The notes beneath the pieces are model-generated. The model did not search any database, was not told where the DNA came from, and saw nothing but the letters and a program-made list of their open reading frames with translations. A DNA stretch of 64,000 nucleotides, from assembly GCF_009914755.1 (NCBI RefSeq), contig NC_060925.1. One strand, given 5' to 3'. This document shows, in pieces, positions 18,225 through 32,624 of this stretch; position 1 is the first letter of the stretch, and each line of letters begins with the position of its first letter. Origin of the DNA: the human T2T-CHM13v2.0 reference genome, Homo sapiens. The position numbers were made by a program, and so were the translations under genes.

Positions 18225-18352
18225 AGCCAAGCACAGTGGCGTGCACTTGCAGTCCCGGCTACTCAGGAGGCTGAGGCACAAGGACTGCTTGTGCCCAGGA
18301 CTTTGAGTCCAGCCTGGGCAACACAGTGAGACCCTATCTTTTACAAAAAAAG
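18225..18352 (+). mobile_element. FLAM / free Alu monomer
   Basis: About 125-bp 7SL-derived monomer 'agccaagcacagtggcgtgcacttgcagtcccggctactcaggaggctgagg...gtgagaccctatct' + A-rich tail. Confidence 0.85.
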
Positions 18353-18384
18353 AAGACAACAAAGAAGAAAAGACTTACAGAAAC

Positions 18385-18560
18385 ATAACAATCTTCAAAT
18401 ATTTGAACGATTGTCCTACAGAAGGTGTAGAAATTAATTCTGTGCTGCTCTAAAACCAATGGAAGAAAATTTAGAAAGATAGATTATGCTTTATTATTAG
18501 TGATGAATCTCTAGATAATTCATTATCCATAACTGGATCCATAATTGGAACTGTTGCTAC
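18385..18560 (+). mobile_element. Possible L3/CR1 fragment
   Basis: 'tcttcaaatatttgaa...ttgtc...ttctgtgctgctc...aaccaatgga' resembles the L3 3' region; highly diverged. Confidence 0.4.
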
Positions 18561-21500
18561 TTAAGAAATTTCTGTTACATCTCTAGGAATTGTTCAAATA
18601 CTGCAGAAGGGATTCCAACCATGAATCCAAAACAGTATAGAAAAAAAGGAATATATGCTTTTGATTGCTTATCTTTCTACACGTCTATGTATTTGGAGAA
18701 TCTTGGGTGCAGTCAACTGACCAAATTCCAAGTAAACAAAGCTAAAAATACTTCAACAATTTTTTTGTAAAAGCCAACGCTAATTAATATCATCTCCCTT
18801 TCATCATTATACTTCATAGTAACTTTGCTAAAATTCTAAATTGCTATCTCCCCAAGAAACTGTACTTTATCATCTGGCAGCCAATAAATTCTAGTTTTTC
18901 TGCTGCTTCTTCCCAAAAGCCTAAGGCTATTAGGAAAAATCAGCAGTGATTTTGGTAAAGAATCCTTGTTAAACTTTATAGATATAAGGAGCAGATGCAT
19001 AGCTAATTCTAACATGAATCTAGCCTTCTATGTATGTTTTTATTACTCTACCCAATCCATATCCAATGCTATCAATCATCATTAAAATTTGACCTAGACT
19101 GACCAATAAAAATAGTGTCCAGTGTCCACCCATATCCGAATATAACCATTCTAGATTGATCATCTTGTCTAAGATGAATTATAAATATGCAGCTACTTTA
19201 AAAGACAACTCAAAGAGTGTAAATGATTCAGCACACAATCTATAAGGCACCTGCTTACTCAGAAGCAGCAAGCAGCATCCTTCATTTCCTCTACACAGAA
19301 ACAAAGAATGAGAGTAGCAAGGTAAAGCCTATACCTAAGGTCACCAAGCACATCTCTGTGCAAAATTAATTGTGTATACACATGCATACATACTTCAGTG
19401 GGGAGTGTTCTGAAAGATTTAAAAACCATTCATTTTTCTAACCTAATGATTTCTGACTGCTCTACGCACTGGCCTGTCCTGACACCACTGGTCCTCAGAC
19501 ACTATGTTGATTTAGCAGAACTTTTCATGTCCAAAGAGCATTATAATTGGCATTGAGGCAAACCAGAGAAAGGCCCATATTCAACTAATATTTCTTCAAT
19601 GGAGTTCTCCAAAGACACAGGTGCTTTAAGTGGAAAACAAGTGACTCAGAAACTAAACTCTATCCAGAGGAAGCCTGCGCAGCCGGACTCCACACAGCTG
19701 CAGTGACTGCCAAGCATTGTTTCCTGTAGTTGTTTGGTGCTCATACCACTACTGGTGCACACTTCCTCTGCCTAATCCTGTGCAAATGAGAGCATTCAGC
19801 CAGTTCCACCCCCACACTACCCCTCTCACTGAGCATGGGAAGCAAACACCAGCCTCCTTTATTCCTACAGATGTGCATAAGCCATTAAAAAAAAGAAGAC
19901 ACAGAAAATAAACATGGAAAGTGCCATCCTCCTTTTCTAGGAGATCTTGTTGATAGGAAATACACAGGCACAACAGTCAAAGGCCAAGAGTTCTGCCTCA
20001 CTGTTGTTTGTGTAGACAAGTAAATTGACTATTAATATATCACCCACTGGAATTAACCAATTCTCCTTACATATTTCTCATCCATCATATTTACAATTTA
20101 TTGTAAGCAAATGAAGACTCAATGACCTCCATATGTAACTTGGATAAACTACATCTTACCCTTAAGCCAATGTGACAAGGTCAAGGATTTCTGAACACAG
20201 CTCAGATAGGATACGGCCCAACAACTAAGGCTAGGAATTAGAATACGTGCATTAGTGAGCATATATGTGCCATAGCCTTGGAAATACAGACAAATATTCC
20301 TAGAAGGTTTCCTATTACACAGAAAGAAAATATTTTCCATTTTTAATAGAAATGATAAACCCCAAATTTCTAAGTGTTCTACCAGGGACCAAGCTTCCAC
20401 TAGATAATCAGTAAATACCAAAAAAACCCAACCAAGCAACCAACTGAACATCAAAAAAAGGAACAAAGGGAAAATTTAGGATGGCACAATATAGCAAAAA
20501 TCATAGAAAAATAAAACATATCTACTCGGTTGTAAAATATACATAAATTAAGGGTAAATGCCATTAGAATTCTCCTACATTAATTTGAAACCCACTGTAA
20601 GTTATATTTGCTCTTGCTCCATTATTTCCCTTGCAATAAACCCTACTTTTCCCCTCGCCAGGTTTCCAAGGCTCACTATTCTCTCTTCTCATCCTCTGAC
20701 CACTCACTTCAATTCTTAAACATCCCAAATCTCTCAAACTCTGGGCCTCTTTTACAGTTGCTCTAGTAAAGGTCTGCATCATTTTTTAACCAGACTGCCT
20801 CAGTTTCAAGCCTGCTCCTCCTACCACTGGCATTACAATTATCCACTACAGCCTCCCCCACTGACAGAATGCTTAGCTCAAGCACTTAGCAGGTCATCTC
20901 CTGTCTATGGTCATCTCCTGTCTATCTGTTAAAAAGTACTCACTGGCCCTTTGTCAGAATCAGTGCAGACCCTGCAAGATCTCAAGGGCCCTCATACTCT
21001 GGCCCCAATCTCTGCTGGACCTCAAGATCCAGCTTGCCCCTGTTGCATCTTACACTCAAGCTGTGAGGACTATCAGCGAAATCCAAAAATTCCATGTGGA
21101 TTACCACTTCGGCACCTTCCTAAATAACTTTCCCTCTACTTACGTATATAGATACGTATATCTTGGTATGTCTGTAAACCTCTGTGTGCATATTTACATG
21201 TATATTAGGAAGGAAATAGAGTTTTTTTAAAAAACTACCCGAAAGATTCACTGTTTGATCTATAGAGGAATCCTTGAAACAGCAAAGAGAAGTTTGATTT
21301 CAGTTCTCAAACCAGATTTCCAGTTTTGGAAACATTCTCAGTAGCTATGCCAAATGCAGACGTAAAATCTAGGTGATATCTTTATCATGCTTTTAGCTCT
21401 TTATAATGCCTTTCTCTCTCCAGAAGTGTATGTACAGTCAAGTTTTCTCTCTAAAAGTTTAAAATTTTAAGGGAATGTCAATATTACCAAAAATGAAGTA

Positions 21501-21796
21501 TACCCAGGTTTAAAAGCCTCTGCAGAAGAGCTTATATATAAACAAAAGGTATGAGAGAGCCTAAGCCTTGATGTTTTCAGAGAGGATTACACAACTAAGA
21601 ATCATCAAAGCAAAACATTACTTTACAAAATGCAATGTATACATATTACATCTACCAATAAGTGGCATTTTAGAATCAGGAGAATATCAGAGTTGAACAA
21701 ACTGAGGCCAAGTTGAAGGAGTAGCCCAAGGGGATCTACTGAAAGAGGTAGGATAGAATCTAGTTAAAATGTGCTTTATAACTTATATAAAACTTA

Positions 21797-22119
<323 letters not shown>

Positions 22120-22184
22120 GTAAATGTGTGAGTACTAGCATCCCCTTCTCACTGGGCTGTCACTATTTCAAATGGGTTTCCTTC

Positions 22185-22432
22185 CCAGTCTGTCTAAAGT
22201 GGCTTCCTCCAGCTGCTCATCATTGTTCTCTGTTTCTTTCCTCAGTGGCACTTATCACTGGTTGTAATTATCTTGTTTGTTTATGCTTTACCAATTTGTT
22301 TCCTTAACTTGGATAGTGATGGACAGTGACAGTGCCTTGAGAGCAGGGGGTCTTGACTACCTGCTCCTCCACCCTGATAAACGAGCACATGGCATACAAA
22401 TACTTCCCAATGAGTAAATGATGGGTGAATTA
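22185..22432 (+). mobile_element. L2 3' end fragment
   Basis: 'gcacttatcac...taattatcttgtttgttta...ccttgagagcaggg...tggcataca...atgagtaaatga'. Confidence 0.55.
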
Positions 22433-22489
22433 CTCAGGAGTTACCTCTGGCTGAGCCTTACCCCCTGCCCCACACTGCACTGGTTGCTT

Positions 22490-22670
22490 TTCCCTCAGAA
22501 TTCAATTCACACTCTTCACCACAATTCCATGCAGTAGGGATCCTCATCAGGGCCATTTTACAGATCAAAACATGAAGGTTCTGAGAGGCTGAGCAACTTT
22601 CCTGCACACAGGTGGCTGGGGGCAGGGTAGGGTGAAAGTCAGTTTTACTTGATCTCAAAGTCTCAGGATG
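22490..22670 (-). mobile_element. MIR SINE
   Basis: Core 'ccattttacagatcaaaacatgaaggttctgagaggctgagcaacttt'. Confidence 0.65.
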
Positions 22671-22939
22671 AGCTGAAGAAAAGAGCCAATGTAATGTGTC
22701 AAGGTCCAATTTCTGTGGGGCAGAGAAGCAGGGGGAAGGTCCCAGTTGAAACTGAGGGAATGTGCAGAGACAAGTAGCAAAGCCAGGCCCAGAAGACTCA
22801 ATATATCCAAGAACCAACTAAGTCCAGAGCTCTGGATAAAGCACATAATTTCAGATTTTAAGCAGTGTGTGTATGAGTGTAATGAGTGTATGTGATCTTG
22901 AATTGAGTCACCGCAGACAAGGGACTAAAGGGAATGAAA

Positions 22940-23985
22940 AGAAAAGGCATTCCAGGCAAAGGAAACAATATTAATCAATATTAATCTGGTGAGTCATGAT
23001 GATTTATAATTTGGAAGGACTTAAGCGAGGGAGTTTATGGGAGTAGGAAAGTGAGAAATAAGGTTAGAAAGGTAGGCAGAGGCCTGATCATGAAGAATCT
23101 TGTGCGGCTTGTAAAAGAGTTTAGATGTTATTCTCTTATAAACAACAGGGATCCACTATCAAGTTTTAAACCTGTTACAGCTAGTTAGATAGGCAAGAGT
23201 GGACAGGAAAGGGTTCTCCCAGCCACTAGGACTGTCAGGTGAAGGTTTGGCAATTATCACACTGCCTCTCTAAAAGTGATAACTTGGCAGCTGATGCAAG
23301 GGAAAAGCCACTTCCTGATGGTCCACACCTGTTGCACTAAAGTGTTAACTGAATGCAGGCACCAGAGATAAGCAATTTCCTGGGAGTACACAGTAAGAGA
23401 CAAAATGGCAGAGTATGAGTTTCCAGGGGCACTCCACCAGAAAAAGGGAAAAAGTCTCAGATAGGCATGCATACAACATACTAAACACACTGTGTGTGCT
23501 CACTTCCCAAGGATAAGGAGGGTACTGGGCTTGCAGGCAACCCACCCTAAAGGAAGAATCATGGGAAAGGGGCCAGCTTCTAAAGTCCTAGGATCAAGGT
23601 TAAACACTGCACTTGACCTCAGTGTCTGCTTGGGTCTCTTCCAAGCATACTTTCCTTTCTTTCCTGTTCTAAAGGCTTTTAAAATAAACTTCCACTCCTG
23701 CTCTGAAATTTGCCTCGGTCTCTTTTTCTGCCTTATGCCCCTCAGTCGAATTCTTTCTTCTGAGGAGGCAAGAATTGAGATTCCTGTAGACCTGTACAGA
23801 TTCGCCACTGGTAACTCAGATACCTTCCCCTGGTGATAAACCCATGAGTAAAATGATCAGATCTACATTTTTGGAAGATTATGTTGAAGATTAGCTTGAA
23901 ACGATTCAAAACTGATGGCAAGAAAACACCTAGAAGACAATTTCAATAATCCCAGTGATGAGTACCTCAACTAAAGGCAAAAGCA
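22940..23985 (-). mobile_element. L2 fragment split by the MER50 LTR
   Basis: 'gcattccaggcaaaggaaaca...gaaataaggttagaaaggtaggcagaggcctgatcatgaag...gagtttaga' continues after the LTR as 'atgatcagatctacatttttggaagat'. Confidence 0.6.
23173..23838 (+). mobile_element. ERV1 solo LTR, MER50-like
   Basis: Starts tgttaca, internal 'tctctaaaagtgataacttggcagc', 'caaaatggc', aataaa near 23684, ends 'ctggtgata'; 4-bp TSD aacc at 23169-23172 and 23839-23842. Confidence 0.88.
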
Positions 23986-24010
23986 AGGAGGGTTAAAGAA
24001 AAGGCATTTT

Positions 24011-24570
<560 letters not shown>

Positions 24571-26894
24571 CTATATCTCATAAATACAATATGCAGTGTT
24601 TACCAAACTCATTGGAACAAGAATATTTTTCTCCAGTCTTCCTATTAACATTTCTTAGGACAATGGGATTCTTTGCAAAGTTATTTGGGAAATATTATTC
24701 CAGAAGTTTTCAACAGTCTTTAGTTTACAGAAGAGTAAAGAGTTTATTGAACTGACTCAAAAATAATTAGGAGCAGACTAAAAACTGGACTTGAATAATC
24801 ACTAAGGTGTAAAAAATGTGTTTGCATGGCTCGGGTACTAAAGTTCTATAAGAGGAGGTAGGAATGGAAAAATCTGCCAAGCATTAAATACCCCTACAAA
24901 AGGGAAAAAGATGAGAAGGTTGTTAAACAGGTCAACTCCATCCAAAAACAAAGGAGGGCAATAGTGCTAATGATCTGGGAATTGTGTTAACAGCCAGCCA
25001 GACACATACATTAGGGAAGGCTAGAAGCTGTTCCCTCCTCCTTTGCCTAAAAAAAGGTAGCCTTGGAACAAGCTATCTTTGTTCAGGGAGGAATCACTGC
25101 AGAGCTCCCCCTTAGTTATGTAATTACAGGCAAGCCTCCTACTGCTCAGGGGGACAAAGCAAACGCGGCCTTGGTGAGTGGAGGTTGACTCCTGACAGTA
25201 CTCCTTGCCAGGCTGAGCCAGCTCTAGGCTGGAAGCTGGCTAATTTGTGGGAAAATTCCAGACCCTTGAGGGAGGAAAAATACTCAGGATCCCAAATGCC
25301 GCTCTGAGACTGGAAGTTGGTACCCTGTAAGGGCTGAATGAGGAGGATGTGACCCAGGCTTGCTGACAGAATACAAGGAGCCCCTGAAAAGAATTCATCA
25401 CAAAGTTAGGGAGATATGGCCTGGCCAGGCTCAATGCAAAAGCTAAAATGCTATAGGGATGAAGGAAACTTGTGTGGGTAGTATGGGGTTGAGAAGGGCT
25501 GAAAATACAAGGGCATTGCTAGCATCAGAGCACTAAAGCTGTCCCAGGAACCACACAGAACCAGTCTTGTGCAATAGCACCACACTAGCAGACAGAGAGA
25601 TCAAGCTCCTGTGGGGCTTTGAAGCAAGGCTGATTTAAGTCCCATGGATGACATAAAGCCCAAAGATTTCTGGATAATTTGAGTGGGAAATACTTCAAGA
25701 GAGAAACATCAAACGTGTTTTATGTCAAACAAGTACCTAAAAAGATTTACACCCTAAAATAATTCTTCCTGTTTACATATGTATATATGAAAAAATGTTT
25801 TCAGGTGTTGATTAACGTGTATGCACTAGATAATAAGGCTCTTTCAAGCCATGCCAAGGTGAGGTCCCTGGGGCCACCTATAGCCAAGAAAGGCTCAGAA
25901 GCCTTTGCTTGGGAGGGTTTTCTTGTGACAGGGAAAGCCAGGCAGAATTTCACAAAGATAGACAGGTAGTAGTAAACCATTGCAGGCTCTCAAGTAGGTT
26001 GTCGGGATGCCTGTGGTGACCTTCTAAACCTCAAGATCGATGATATTTCTGGAATCACTGGCAAGGAAAAGAAAGCATTGACTATGAAGCTGGGACTGTA
26101 CTTCTATTTTATTATTTACATGCTGCAAAATAGGTTCTGGGACTTTGTCTTTATATCTCCTCTTGCATATACGATAGGAGATGTAGAGGCTTAACAAATG
26201 GTCTCCAAATTGCTTGGAACTTCGGTAATAAAGATTAACACATCTACAAACCTGAAATCATTTAACTGGTGAAACACAGTGAATCACTTAGATTTCTCTT
26301 ACTCTTGGTTGAAAGAACTAGTGAAAACTGGCTCAAAAAAGAGAAAAGGAGGAATGTATTGGTTCATGGAAAAACCTATAGATATACATTTAGCTTTGGG
26401 CACAGCACTGATTCCCACTTCACAGGGTGTCACTAGGTTCATCTTCAACTCTATTCCCTCTGAACTGGGTCCATTTTGAAACTCCATGTGGTACCCAGAT
26501 GGTTATAGCTCCTTGTGTAGACTCACATCTACACTCTTCTGTATCAGGAAGAGAGAAAAATAAAACTACCCTTGCAAATGTCTTATTGGTCCCAACTGAG
26601 TGACTAACCCCATTCCTGAACCATCACTATGTGGTCAAAGGCATGGGATATAATTGATGAAACCATCCAAACTCTGTAATTAAGAAAGAGGAAAGTGTGG
26701 TTTCTCAAAGGAGATCCAAGGCCACAGAAGGAAAGAGAAACGATGGCTGTGCAAAATAAAATAAAATAGTGCTATACAACATTAGAAAGAATGAATTTTA
26801 TTTCTTATCTCACCCTTTTAATATCATTAGTTCTCTTGCACTTAATTCAAAATTCGACACCTATGTTTACCAATGAATCCCACAATCATTAAAA

Positions 26895-27112
26895 ATAATA
26901 ATAGTGATAATAACATTAACAATAAGAGTACTTACCTTGGACCTTGACACTCTGTTAAGCACTTGACATACACAATTTCATTTAATACTCACCTAAACTC
27001 AATACATGGATGAGGAAACTGAAGCTCAAAGAAGTCAAGTTACTTGCCCAAGACTGTATACTAATAGGGAGCTTAACTGGAATCCAAACCAAGATCTAAC
27101 TCAGAAACCATG
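26895..27112 (-). mobile_element. MIR SINE
   Basis: 'tcatttaatactcac...gatgaggaaactgaagctcaaagaagtcaagttacttgcccaag'. Confidence 0.8.
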
Positions 27113-27117
27113 TATTG

Positions 27118-28120
27118 TTTTGTTTTTCAATTTTTTATTTACATAGGTTCTGTGGGAACAGGTGGTATTTGGTTACATGAGTAAGTTATTTAGTGGTGAT
27201 CTGAGATTTTGGTGCACCCATCACCCGAGCAGTATACACTAAACCCAATTTGCAGTCTTTTATCCCTCACCTCCTTTTCACACTTTCCCCTGAGTCCCAA
27301 GTCCACTGTATCATTCTTATTCATTTGCATCCTCATAGCTTAGCTCCCACATATGAGTGAGAACACACAATGTTTGATTTTCCCTTCTTGAGTTACTTCA
27401 CTTAGAATAATAGTCTCCAGTTCCATCCAGGTTGCTGCAAATGCCATTAATTCATTCCTTTGTATGGCTGAGTAGTATTCCGTCATATATACAATTTCTT
27501 TATCCACATTGATTGACGGGCATTTGGGCTGATTCCACATTTTTGCAATTGTGAATTGTGCTGCTATAAACATGGGTGTGCAAGTATCTTTTTCGTATAA
27601 TAACTTATTTTCCTCTGGGTAGATACCCAGTAGTGGGACTGCTGGATCAAATGGTAGTTCTACATTTAGTTCTTTAAGGAATTTCCACACTGTTTTCTAT
27701 AGTGGTTGTACTAGTTTACATTCCCACCAGCAGCGTAGAAGTGTTCCCTGATCACTGCATCCATGTCAACATTTATTATTTTTTGGTTTCTTAATTATGG
27801 CCATTCTTGCAGGAGTAAGGTGGTATTCCATTGTGGTTTTGATTTGCATTTCCCTGATCATTAGTGATATTGAACATTTTTTCATATGTTTGTTGGCCAT
27901 TTGTATGTCTTCTTTTGAGAATTGTCTATTCATGTCCTTAGCCCACTTTTTGATGGGACTGTTTGTTTTATTTTTCTTGCTAATTTGAGTTCCTTGTAGA
28001 TTCTTGATATTAGTCCTTTGTTTGGTGTATAGATTGTGAAGAATTTCTCCTACTCTGTGGGTTGTCTGTTTTCTCTGCTGACTGTTCATTTTGCTGTGAA
28101 GAAGCTCTTTAGTTTAATTC
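27118..28120 (-). mobile_element. 5'-truncated L1 (L1PB-like), about 1 kb 3' end
   Basis: Minus-strand ORF2 C-terminal fragments ([13 protein letters not shown]; [27 protein letters not shown]) and an L1PB-type 3'UTR 'ggttacatgagtaagt...tttagtggtgat...ggtgcacccatcacccgagcagt'. Confidence 0.92.
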
Positions 28121-28170
28121 TTAACTAAAATACAACTCTTTCTCTCTCTCTCTCCCAATAATGTTCTTAC

Positions 28171-28242
28171 CTGTATCCCTGACTCACCCCTAAGCTGATG
28201 CTCTGAATTCCTTTTGACGGTGCCTGTCCTGAACCTGAACAT
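28171..28242 (-). other. Candidate short first coding exon (MFRFRTGTVKRNSEHQLRGESGIQ, phase-0 donor)
   Basis: Minus strand: ttcatcATG, 24 open codons, CAG|gtaaga; alternative donor GGG|gtgagt 17 nt upstream. Motif evidence only. Confidence 0.2.
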
Positions 28243-29574
28243 GATGAAACTATCCTATTGCAATTCAAATCAACTGGACCTACCACTGGCCAGGTATGGA
28301 TACTCTTTAAGAAAACATATCACTTTACACTGTGTGTCATGGGAAGCAGGCCCTTCACACTCACCCAGAGGCAGGGTAAGGAGATGACTTTAGTCACTCA
28401 TCTGGACAGTGGCAGCCTGACTTCTATTACGCTCTAGAAATTGTCTCATTAAAGAAAAAATCCCATGTGCTTCTGCACTGTCAATGTGCCAACAGACAGC
28501 TCAGTAGGAAACATTTCCAAAGAGTGAGTTAATCATAAACTGACGATTGAAACAGTTATGGAAAATTCTTTATATACAGTACGGAAACGAACAAAGTTAC
28601 AGATACTGTCATGATGTCAAAAAATAATATAGTAATTTCTAATATTATGCCAGGGGAAACATTTTAATTACATTTCTTAAGCAAAGAAGTTAACTAACAA
28701 GATTTTACTTATTTTTATTATCAGAAAGCCAGAAAGAGATTCATCTTTTTTCAAAAGTAAGAAAGTAAATGGTTTTTCAAAACATAAACCCTCAACGTCC
28801 CCCATTCCCCCCCTCTCCCCCCACCAGACCTCAGCAGTCTTAGAAAAGAAATCTCCCTCTTTCAGGAGCTTTTTTCAGTATTTAACAACCCTGAAGAGTG
28901 AGAGTCATATCTAACCTGAAGGCCTCTGCTGACTCTTAAATGAGTTCAAGTTACTAAACTCACTCCTCTTTCCTGTGTGATTAAAAAAAAAAGTGTAGAA
29001 AGCGTTTCAAACTGTTCTAATTTTTGTTGATGTTGGTGGAGTTTGAAGTGAATTACTACTGAGGAAAGAGCTCAATTCTAAGAACAAAGGTAGCACTGAA
29101 AGGCAGAATTATCATAAGCCCTTCTAGAGAAGCCCAAATAGATGCTCTTCACCATCTCACAAAATACAAATTATCATTTGTGTTAACACTGTTTCCAGGA
29201 TTTTCCAAAAGAAAACACATCCATATCAAGCCTAAGATTCAAAATAAATCTCCTAAACCCCAAACAGAGGGAGAGCTTGGACAAAGTTTAGTGAGCAGAA
29301 AACACCACAATGAGAAAAGGGGTAAGAGAGTATAGCTAAGAATTGACTGCATGTGTACAATCAGTGAATCACATGCCTATTTAGAGTAAACAACTTTAAC
29401 CACCACTGGGCTGCAGACTCATGCAGTATCCTAAATCTTTCCTTTCTTTCTAAAGTATAAGTAGATGCCAAGTAACACATCACCTGTGTTTTTTAATTTT
29501 ATAAATTCCTTTAATTTTCTTCTATAAGTTCATCCTTTTCCCTGACCATCCACAGAGCAGTGAGACCCAAAACA

Positions 29575-29810
29575 CAGACAGTGGACAAGAAAAACAGGAC
29601 TGAGAAGCCAGAGGCCTGAGCTCCAGATCTTGTTCCTCTTCCCAAGCAAGGAGACCCTAGAATCACTATCCAAGCACCTCCCCATGTCTTAGCTTCCTCA
29701 TCTGAAGAATGTCTTCACAAGAGTATTATGACAATCAAATGAAGTCAGTAATATTAAGCACTCTGAAAACTTCAAAGGCTATAAAAACACTAGGTGCTGC
29801 TATCATAATT
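29575..29810 (+). mobile_element. MIR SINE
   Basis: 'aggactgagaagccagaggcctgagctccaga...tcttagcttcctcatctgaagaatg...gacaatcaaatga...aagcactctgaaaac'. Confidence 0.65.
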
Positions 29811-32624
29811 AATACATTCTTTGGCAAAAAGATGCCAAATACACATGAATTCCAGATTCACCAATGTAGGAAATGAGGCAGACAGGAGAGCACACATAGA
29901 TATTATTCATTTTAAGTTAACAGAACATTTAATTAAATCCTACGGAATGGAGGAAAACAACCTATCCACATCCTGTTAAAATGTATATATTCACGACATC
30001 AGAAATTATTTTGTTTCTGAATTAACACTATTCACATTTTTTCAACTTAAAACTACAAGAATTATTTCAGTTCCATTACCCACAAGCTAGGACCTATAAA
30101 TGGGAAAAATAATAGTATCCACATGTTGGGATTGATGCGCTGATTCCCTCAATATATGCAAAGTACACGTTATGTGCTATGTGAATGTTTGCATTATGGT
30201 ACAGTAGTGGACAATCAGCTAGACCTGAGTTCAAACTGCTGCTTCAATCTCAAATAGATATGTGATTTGGGATGCAGAAGAGAAAAATGTAGTACCTAAC
30301 CTCTTAACGTTGTTACAATTTTACAAATTATACATGAAGACTGAACAGACTGCATATTTTAAGTGTTCAACTACTGGTGGTATTGGCAGTTTTTACTTAG
30401 AGTATATAATGCTTAATACTATTAGTACTGGTAAATTATGAAGCTATATCACAAATTCTTTAACTTTCAGTGTTTTCTTTAGATCATACAGTTCTAAAGA
30501 ACTAGCTACTCCAATCTTGGCAGTAGCAAAATGTAAGTGACTATAATGTAGGTTCAAGTTCTAAACCACAATCTCATGTTTAATTCTGTTTCAGATCTAC
30601 CACTGCTAAAATATTTTAAGCAGTCAAAAATACATTTATCCTTGAGAAGCATACAGTTTATGCTTTCACATTCAATTTTTTGTAGTATCAACTCTCCTAC
30701 AAAGCTTCCGTTGTCTAATCAATCTAGCATGCAATCTCATTCCAGTAGAACACCACCATGCATTTTAAAGTATTTATATATTTTTCCAACATTTATCAAC
30801 ACCATTTCTTGCAAACTTAAATGAAAAATAAATAGTTCCTTAATGAGCTTTAAAAAGTCAAGACTTTTTCATTTTTCATTTCCCCAATTCATTTTCATTT
30901 TTCATTTCCCCAAAAGAGAGGGTGAAAATAAAGAAAAATCAAGGAAGATTTTTTTAAAGGTGCAGGAGGAATAGGCGGAAGGATAAAAGAAAAATAAAAC
31001 CAGAAATATCTCTGGTGTTTTTCAGGGCCAACAGCTTAGAGAAGTGTCCACCTCACCTGTGATTCATGGCCACAGACAAATGCGCTCCCATTTCCTTACT
31101 AGGGGCTTGGCTTTCAGTTCGTTGTACAAATTATCATCTTTTATCCTCCATCACTTTTTGGACCTCAAGACAGTTAAATCACAGCTTTCCAGAGATTAAA
31201 GGAATCTTAGAAACCACCTTCTTATCCCCCCTTCCTTTTGTACAGCTTTCCAAGCTGGCAGGCAGCCTGATGCCCAAGAAGGCTGGTGCCTTCTAGATCA
31301 CAAAATGACCATGGGTTAAGACCGGAGAGAGAACCAGGGCCTTCCCCCACCCCAGGTAGAGTGGCTTCCCCATATGCGCTGTATTTCAGCATCAAATTTC
31401 CTATATTTCTGTCTCAAGTTTATGCTGTTTAGCAAAGAGCAATCCATTGGTTATTTTCTAATGAAAATATTATATCTCAGAGTTAAAACAATGTATACTC
31501 TCAAACAGCCTTTTGATAAGATACTAGCACCTGAATTACAAGAATAAGGACAAACTTCTCAATAGCATTAGTTTTTTCCTCCTTATTTGCTTATTTTCAT
31601 AATGCAATTACATCAGCATAAGCTAAAGTCCTGTCACCTTAATTACCTGACTCTTTTATGGCTAGTTACTTGTGAGAGGTTTATGTCCACTCACTTCATA
31701 ATAAATGACCATAATTTTTGAAATGATGATTTGTTTCACTTATTATACATGTGTTTAGTGTGCATACGGATAACAGTAAATATTAAAACAATTTCCATGT
31801 GAAAAATGTCCTTGAAATCCAACAAATATCTGCTGAAATTCAAGCAACAGAAATTATTCAACAATCTTGAACACTTGTGATTCATGTCTTCTCTGAGTCA
31901 CCCAACCAAGTATCAAAATAGAGAAAAGGACAACAGAACATTCTCAACTTCCAAAAATTAGCAGCTTTCAGATATAGAGAAGACTGGAGGAAAAGAATAC
32001 TGGTCCTCAGGCCTGAGTGCCCAGTGATCAACCTAAAGGGCAGATAATAGTAACCCTAACCTCTGAGGTGACCAGCAGAAAAAAAATTATCTCTGGAGAA
32101 AAGATTCCCTCCCTGTATACTATTTTAATTACAAAATAATTCTAATCTCATTTGGAAAGTTGATGCTAATTTTTTGGTGTTGTTGTTGTATGTGTGGGGT
32201 TTCTTTTTTGTTGTTGTTGTTTTTTGGTTTTTGGTTTTGCTAAGCCATCTACATGTGAAATTTAACTATATAATGCAGATACATAAACCACTTAAGTCAC
32301 ATGCCCTACTTCAAGATTTGAAACAATTTGCTTAAATGCTTTCCAGTTAAAAAGTAGTGTTAAAAATGAAGTATAATTACCTTTCCAAAGTCACGAACAT
32401 CAAACAAGTCAAATGCCTCGAAAAGTTCACTTTTCCTCATTCCAAACGTCTCACAACAGGCCGTGAGAAATGTCCTTATGTTCTTCAAACAGAGAAACTG
32501 AGGAATGGAAAAGAGCTGTTAGCATAAAGTTAATTATTCTGAATGCTATCCACCCTCTGTAACACTCAAGACTGCTCTAAAAATGACAAGAAAGCATCAA
32601 GCAGCCTTTGAAGTTGCTTTTCAA

